Position numbers and translations under genes: made by a program
NCBI GenBank assembly: GCA_963790475.1
Contig: CAWBOS010000015.1
Coordinates: forward strand, 544,001-608,000
DNA from: an uncultured delta proteobacterium
GTDB taxonomy: Bacteria; Desulfobacterota; RBG-13-43-22
DNA: 64,000 nt
Reading direction: 5' to 3'
Notes under the pieces: model-generated
The model's database searches: none
What the model saw: the letters and a program-made list of their open reading frames with translations, nothing else
Told to the model about the DNA's origin: nothing
Shown here: in pieces, positions 59,409-64,000 of the stretch
Layout: every line of letters starts with the position of its first letter
How positions within the stretch are numbered: the stretch's first letter is position 1

Positions 59409-61862
59409 TTATTCTTTCGGTTCGGTACTCTCGCCTTTCCCCTTTTTCTTCGGCACCAGGGCCTTCCTGGCCTTTTCAATCTCCTCCGGGGTTACCGCTT
59501 TGATAATCTCATCCATTTCCTTCATCTTCCTGGCGAAGATGTTGCCTTCCGCCGCACTGATCCAGGCCAACTGGAGACGGTTTTTATCCAACCCGAGGCG
59601 TTCCATTTTTTTCCAGACTTTTTTAACCCTTTTTTCGGTCTGGTGATTGGCATTGATATAGTGGCAGTCTCCGATATGGCAACCGGAAACCAGGACAGCC
59701 GCCGCACCCCGCCGGAAGGCATATTCGATAAATTCGGTACTGATCCGGCCGGAGCACATGGTGCGGATGATCCGTATGGGGGCCGGGTATTGCATCCGGC
59801 TGACACCGGCAAAGTCAGCCCCGGCGTAAGAACACCAGTTGCAGCAAAAGGCCACGGCCTTGGTCTCCGGGGCTTCTTCGGTGATGGCATCGATCTGGGC
59901 ATAAATCTGCTGATCGGTGAAATGTCTCTGGGTAATGGCCGAAAACGGGCACTCGGCCACACAGGTTCCGCACCCGGCGCAAGAGGCCTGGGTCACCTGG
60001 GCGATCTGGGTTTCCGGGTCCTGCCGAATGGACGAGTAAGGACAGACCTTGACACACATCCCACATCCCTGACAGAGGGTTTCGTCAATGACAGCGGTAA
60101 TGGCCTCCACGTTGACCTTTCCCTGAGCCATCAGGATATTGGCCCGGGAAGCGGCGGCACTGGCTTGGGTTACCGAATCTTTGATGTCCTTCGGACCTTC
60201 GGCACAGCCGGCCAGAAAGATCCCGCCGGTGGGGGTGTCGACCGGGCGGAGTTTGGGATGAGCCTCCAGGAAAAAACCATCTGAGGCACAAGAGAGGTTC
60301 AGGAGACGCTGGATGGCCGGACTGTCCTTCCTGGGTTCGATCCCCACGGAAAGGATGGCCATATCGACTTCATAGCGATAGAGTTGGGAAAGGAGGGAGT
60401 CTTCACCGATCAAGGTCAGATTGTTGGTCTCCGGGTCTTCGATGATCTCTCCCGGGACCCCCCGGATAAAGGAGACCCCTTCCCGTCTGGCCCGCTGGAA
60501 CAGGTCTTCAAAGCCTTTTCCAAAGGCCCGGATATCGATATAAAACACCAGAATTTTGGTCTCCGGCCAGTGTTCCTTGATCAGCAGGGCATCTTTAATG
60601 GTATTCATACAGCAGATGTTGCTGCAGTATATATTGGAGCGTTTGGAACGGGACCCGATACATTGGAGAAAGGCCACGGTTTTGGGGATCTGCTGATCCG
60701 ACGGCCGGATCAGATTTCCGCCTGAAGGTCCGCCGGCATTGATCAGGCGTTCGAATTCCAGGCTGGTAATGACATTGGGAAACTTGCGGTATCCGAATTC
60801 GGTCAAGGGCGTCGGGTCATAGACATCCACCCCGGTAGCCACAATAATGGTCCCGACATCCAGGGTCAGAATTTGATCGTTCTGGGAATAATCCACACAT
60901 TGTCGTTGACAGGCCTGAAAACATTTATCGCAGGCCACAATGCCCTGTTTATTTAAACATAGATCCATGTCAATCTGGTAAGTGGAAGGGACAGCCTGGG
61001 CAAAGGACATATAGATAGCCCGGCGCATGGAAAGTCCGGCATTGAATTCATCAGGGGCCACTTGCGGGCAGACCTTGGCGCAATCGCCGCAGGCGGTACA
61101 AGAATCGGTGACAAAGCGGGCCTTCTTGCGGACCTGGACGGTAAAATTGCCCACATATCCTTCAACCTTCTCGATCTCGCTCATGGTCAACAATTCAATA
61201 TTGGGATGCCGCCCGGCCTCGGACATCTTGGGGGCCAGGATGCAGATGGAGCAGTCCATGGTCGGGAAGGTCTTATCGATCTGGGCCATTCGTCCGCCTA
61301 TACTGGGGTCTTTTTCAACCAGATAAACCTTGTAGCCGCTGTCCGCCAGATCCAGAGCGGCCTGAATGCCGGCCACCCCGCCGCCGACGACCAGGGCCTT
61401 TCGAGTGACCGGGACTTCGAAGATTTCCTGGGCGGCCAGATATCGGGATCGGGCCACAGCCATTCGGACCAGGTCCTGCGCTTTTTCGGTGGCAGCGGCT
61501 TTGTCGTGAAGATGGACCCAGGAACAGTGTTCCCGGATATTGGCCATCTCAAAGAGATAGGGGTTTAACCCGGCATCCTGACAGGCGGCACGGAAGGTCG
61601 GCTCATGCAGGCGGGGGGTGCAGGAGGCCACCACCACCCGGTTCAACCGCTGTTCTTTAATATCGGCTTTGATCAGTTCCTGCCCCGGTTCGGAACAGGT
61701 ATAAAGATTATGTTTGGACAGGACCACCCCGGGAAGGCCGGCGGCAAACTCGGCCACTTGGGCACAATCCACCACACCGCCGATATTCAATCCGCAATGA
61801 CAGACATAGACCCCGATCCGGGGTTCTTCTTTTTCTTTTCGTTGTACTTTTTTGGGGGTCAA
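59409..61862 (-). CDS. hdrA: Heterodisulfide reductase subunit A fused to an MvhD domain
   Basis: IGVYVCHCG, ANIREHCSWVH, GGGVAG, DKTFPTMDC, ferredoxin motifs, C-terminal FCCNWCSY..RTMCSGR..GCHIGDCHY. Confidence 0.93.
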   Translation of the reverse strand: MTPKKVQRKEKEEPRIGVYVCHCGLNIGGVVDCAQVAEFAAGLPGVVLSKHNLYTCSEPGQELIKADIKEQRLNRVVVASCTPRLHEPTFRAACQDAGLNPYLFEMANIREHCSWVHLHDKAAATEKAQDLVRMAVARSRYLAAQEIFEVPVTRKALVVGGGVAGIQAALDLADSGYKVYLVEKDPSIGGRMAQIDKTFPTMDCSICILAPKMSEAGRHPNIELLTMSEIEKVEGYVGNFTVQVRKKARFVTDSCTACGDCAKVCPQVAPDEFNAGLSMRRAIYMSFAQAVPSTYQIDMDLCLNKQGIVACDKCFQACQRQCVDYSQNDQILTLDVGTIIVATGVDVYDPTPLTEFGYRKFPNVITSLEFERLINAGGPSGGNLIRPSDQQIPKTVAFLQCIGSRSKRSNIYCSNICCMNTIKDALLIKEHWPETKILVFYIDIRAFGKGFEDLFQRARREGVSFIRGVPGEIIEDPETNNLTLIGEDSLLSQLYRYEVDMAILSVGIEPRKDSPAIQRLLNLSCASDGFFLEAHPKLRPVDTPTGGIFLAGCAEGPKDIKDSVTQASAAASRANILMAQGKVNVEAITAVIDETLCQGCGMCVKVCPYSSIRQDPETQIAQVTQASCAGCGTCVAECPFSAITQRHFTDQQIYAQIDAITEEAPETKAVAFCCNWCSYAGADFAGVSRMQYPAPIRIIRTMCSGRISTEFIEYAFRRGAAAVLVSGCHIGDCHYINANHQTEKRVKKVWKKMERLGLDKNRLQLAWISAAEGNIFARKMKEMDEIIKAVTPEEIEKARKALVPKKKGKGESTEPKE

Positions 61863-61892
61863 CCCATTACTCCTTTTTTACAAACAGTATTG

Positions 61893-61980
61893 AGGAGTCA
61901 GAATTAAGAATCAAGAATAAAAACAACCCGAGATTCTAATCTCCTGACTTCTGTCTCCTGACTACTGGCTCCTGACTTCT
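61893..61980. repeat. Inverted heptamer patch (TCCTGAC/TTCTGAC) overlapping the korC 3' end
   Basis: ggagtcagaattaagaatcaagaa ... ctcctgacttctgtctcctgactactggctcctgacttct. Confidence 0.6.
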
Positions 61981-62525
61981 GTTTGTTTCCCGTACTCAAA
62001 GCCCTTTTCAAAAGCTTTGAGATTCAACTCTTCGGTCCCGCTGGGGATGGAATCAAAAAGGGCCTTTTTCATGGCCTCATACCCAACCACTTCGGTAACC
62101 GCGGTAATAAACCCGAGCATGACGATATTGGCGACGATCTTTCGGCCCAGCTTTTCCGCCAGCCGGGTGGCCGGTATTTTAAAAAGGAGGCACCCTTTTG
62201 GAACAGTATCCATCTGTACCAGGTCCTCATCAATCAGGACCATGGCCTGATCGGACATTTGCCGGCCATAGGTGCTTTTGGCCTCTTCGGACATCAGGAC
62301 CAGGATTTTAGGCAGGGAAACCCGGGGATAATAAATGGCCCTGCCGGAAATAATCACATCGGCACTGCAAGCCCCGCCGCGGGCCTCAGGCCCGTAGCTT
62401 TGGGTGAAAACGGCTTGAAGCTGTTCATAAAGGGAAGCTGCCTTGCCCAGAATATTTCCGGCCAGGATGATTCCCTGGCCCCCGAACCCGGCCAGTCTGA
62501 TCTCGGTTTTTTCGTTTGTGCTCAT
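61962..62525 (-). CDS. korC: 2-oxoacid:ferredoxin oxidoreductase gamma subunit
   Basis: EIRLAGFGGQG, QSYGPEARGG, ANIVMLG. Confidence 0.9.
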   Translation of the reverse strand: MSTNEKTEIRLAGFGGQGIILAGNILGKAASLYEQLQAVFTQSYGPEARGGACSADVIISGRAIYYPRVSLPKILVLMSEEAKSTYGRQMSDQAMVLIDEDLVQMDTVPKGCLLFKIPATRLAEKLGRKIVANIVMLGFITAVTEVVGYEAMKKALFDSIPSGTEELNLKAFEKGFEYGKQTEVRSQ

Positions 62526-62585
62526 CTGATATTTACTTGTCTTTAGGGTAAAAGCCTAAAATTAACTTATCAGTCTTTCGGGGGT

Positions 62586-62677
62586 CAGGCCGAAGGCTGT
62601 TAGACTGAAGGCTGAAGGTCTAATGAATTAAACTCATTTTTTTACCTTCAGTCTTCAGCCTAATCGTCTTCAGTCTG
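62586..62677. repeat. Inverted heptamer patch (GCTGAAG / CTTCAGT) between korB and korC
   Basis: ggccgaaggctgttagactgaaggctgaagg ... ccttcagtcttcagcctaatcgtcttcagtct. Confidence 0.65.
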
Positions 62678-63578
62678 ATTTATTTCCCGTTCTCCTGAAT
62701 TTTTTCAGGATTTTTTCCTCATATTCTCCCAAAAAGGTGGGTCGTTTTTCCTCGGAAAATTTCCCCACTACGATCTTTCCTCTCAGGGAAATATCCACGT
62801 CCCTGGGATCGGCCCCATTCTGGACTATACTGTTTTCTTTGTAATAGATCATCTCATCCAAACCGCTGCCGATTTTATTGGGACGTCCATACCCTATAGG
62901 ACAGGGGGCGATGACTTCTATAAAGGTAAATCCATCGATGGCAAAAGTCTCGGCAATGGAATTAACCAATTGCCGGGCATGGAAAGTAGTCCAGCGGGCC
63001 ACATAAACCGCTCCACAGGCATGGGCCAGATAAGGCAGATTGAACGAGGCCTCTGAATTACCGTAGGGCGTCGTTGTCGTCCTGGCCGTAACCGGTGTGG
63101 TCGGGGCCACCTGGCCCCCGGTCATCCCATAATTAAAATTATTGACACAGATGACCTTGAGGTTGACATTTCTCCGGGCGGCATGAATGAAGTGATTTCC
63201 CCCGATGGCAAAGAGATCGCCGTCACCGCTGAATACAGTCACTGACAGGTCGGGACGGGTCAAGGACAATCCGGTGGCAAAAGGGATGGCCCGGCCGTGC
63301 GTAGTGTGGTAAGTGTCCATATTCAGGTAACCGGCCACCCGGCCTGTACAGCCGATGCCGGAAACAACAACCGTTTTGTCAAGCGGGACACCGGTCATCT
63401 TCAAACCGTTAATATAGGTGTTCAAGACCACACCCAATCCACAGCCCGGGCACCAGATATGAGGAATTCTGCCCGGTTTCAGATACTGGTCATCAGGATG
63501 AAGGCCATGTTGTTCATCGATGAGGCGAAGGAATGCTTCCTGATCAAAAGGGACGACAGGTTGATACCGTATCTTCAT
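62670..63578 (-). CDS. korB: 2-oxoacid:ferredoxin oxidoreductase beta (TPP-binding) subunit
   Basis: WCPGCG, SGIGC, HGRA, GDGD..IGGNH, NN..YGMTGGQ; start MKIRYQ overlaps the alpha stop. Confidence 0.92.
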   Translation of the reverse strand: MKIRYQPVVPFDQEAFLRLIDEQHGLHPDDQYLKPGRIPHIWCPGCGLGVVLNTYINGLKMTGVPLDKTVVVSGIGCTGRVAGYLNMDTYHTTHGRAIPFATGLSLTRPDLSVTVFSGDGDLFAIGGNHFIHAARRNVNLKVICVNNFNYGMTGGQVAPTTPVTARTTTTPYGNSEASFNLPYLAHACGAVYVARWTTFHARQLVNSIAETFAIDGFTFIEVIAPCPIGYGRPNKIGSGLDEMIYYKENSIVQNGADPRDVDISLRGKIVVGKFSEEKRPTFLGEYEEKILKKFRRTGNKSD

Positions 63579-64000
63579 GGCAGATATTCCTTGACCGCTT
63601 CCATAATGTCTTCCGGAGTATGGATGGCTCCGCCCATTAAAGGCAGAAGGACCGTCTCGGCCTGACCCTGGGCACAACGTTCCACTTCATAAGCCATTTG
63701 GCCGTAATTGATTTCAGGAACGATGAAAGCCTTGATCCCTTTAGCCAACTGACGGATCTTTTCCTCGGGGAAAGGCCAAAGCGTAATCAGACGCAGAAGC
63801 CCCACTTTCTTGCCTTGGGAACGAAGAAGTTGGACAGCCTCCCGGGCCGTCCGAGAGGTGCAGCCATAGGCCACGACTACCACTTCCGAATTCCTGGTTT
63901 CGAATTCTTCCACCTGAATGATTTTGGAGGCGTTGAGACGGATTTTATCCACCAGCCGTCGAACCGTCCGCTCATGGACCTGGGCAACGGTTTGGGGATA
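63575..64000 (-). CDS. korA: 2-oxoacid:ferredoxin oxidoreductase alpha subunit, C-terminal part
   Basis: VVAYG, LRLITLWPFP, VPEINYGQ; continues beyond the window. Confidence 0.88.
   Translation of the reverse strand, partial: YPQTVAQVHERTVRRLVDKIRLNASKIIQVEEFETRNSEVVVVAYGCTSRTAREAVQLLRSQGKKVGLLRLITLWPFPEEKIRQLAKGIKAFIVPEINYGQMAYEVERCAQGQAETVLLPLMGGAIHTPEDIMEAVKEYLP

Noticed and set aside
59409-61862. Possible selenocysteine in HdrA/MvhD
   Set aside because: The frame is open throughout and the relevant positions are Cys

Overview
The window looks like chromosomal DNA from an anaerobic Desulfobacterota-type (deltaproteobacterial) organism; the taxon is inferred from gene content only. From left to right it holds: a tol-pal operon (cpoB frameshifted at a G run), a GcvH-like gene lacking the lipoyl lysine, ileS-lspA-(decayed lgt), an NCS2 permease and an M16 peptidase pair. 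Next is a ~30 kb cluster (about 14.6-45 kb) built around four paralogous PEP-synthase-like proteins, each with an ATP-grasp domain, a phospho-His swivel domain and an unexplained conserved C-terminal domain instead of the pyruvate-binding barrel. The cluster also has a fifth internally deleted paralogue, five stand-alone receiver domains, three histidine kinases, one sigma54 activator with a candidate sigma54 promoter, three TauE/SafE exporters, two TIGR02186-like membrane proteins, two cytidylate-kinase-like/BON proteins, a USP-like protein and a DUF202 protein with a long heptad expansion. This cluster is the best candidate for an undescribed system. After it come a partly decayed zone (antiporter, USP, yihY remnant), an orphan ABC binding protein, TauE-gcvH, two paralogous Ig-like lipoproteins, a porin-like gene, serA, a HesB-like selenoprotein whose N-terminus the ORF track misses (in-frame UGA), and a korA-korB-korC-hdrA/mvhD-hdrC-hdrB run. 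Intergenic DNA carries two MITE-like families (one copy of each with a visible target-site duplication) and many 7-8-mer repeat patches, mostly with an inverted partner. No rRNA, tRNA, CRISPR array or transposase was recognised. All family calls are by eye from motifs; no database search was run.
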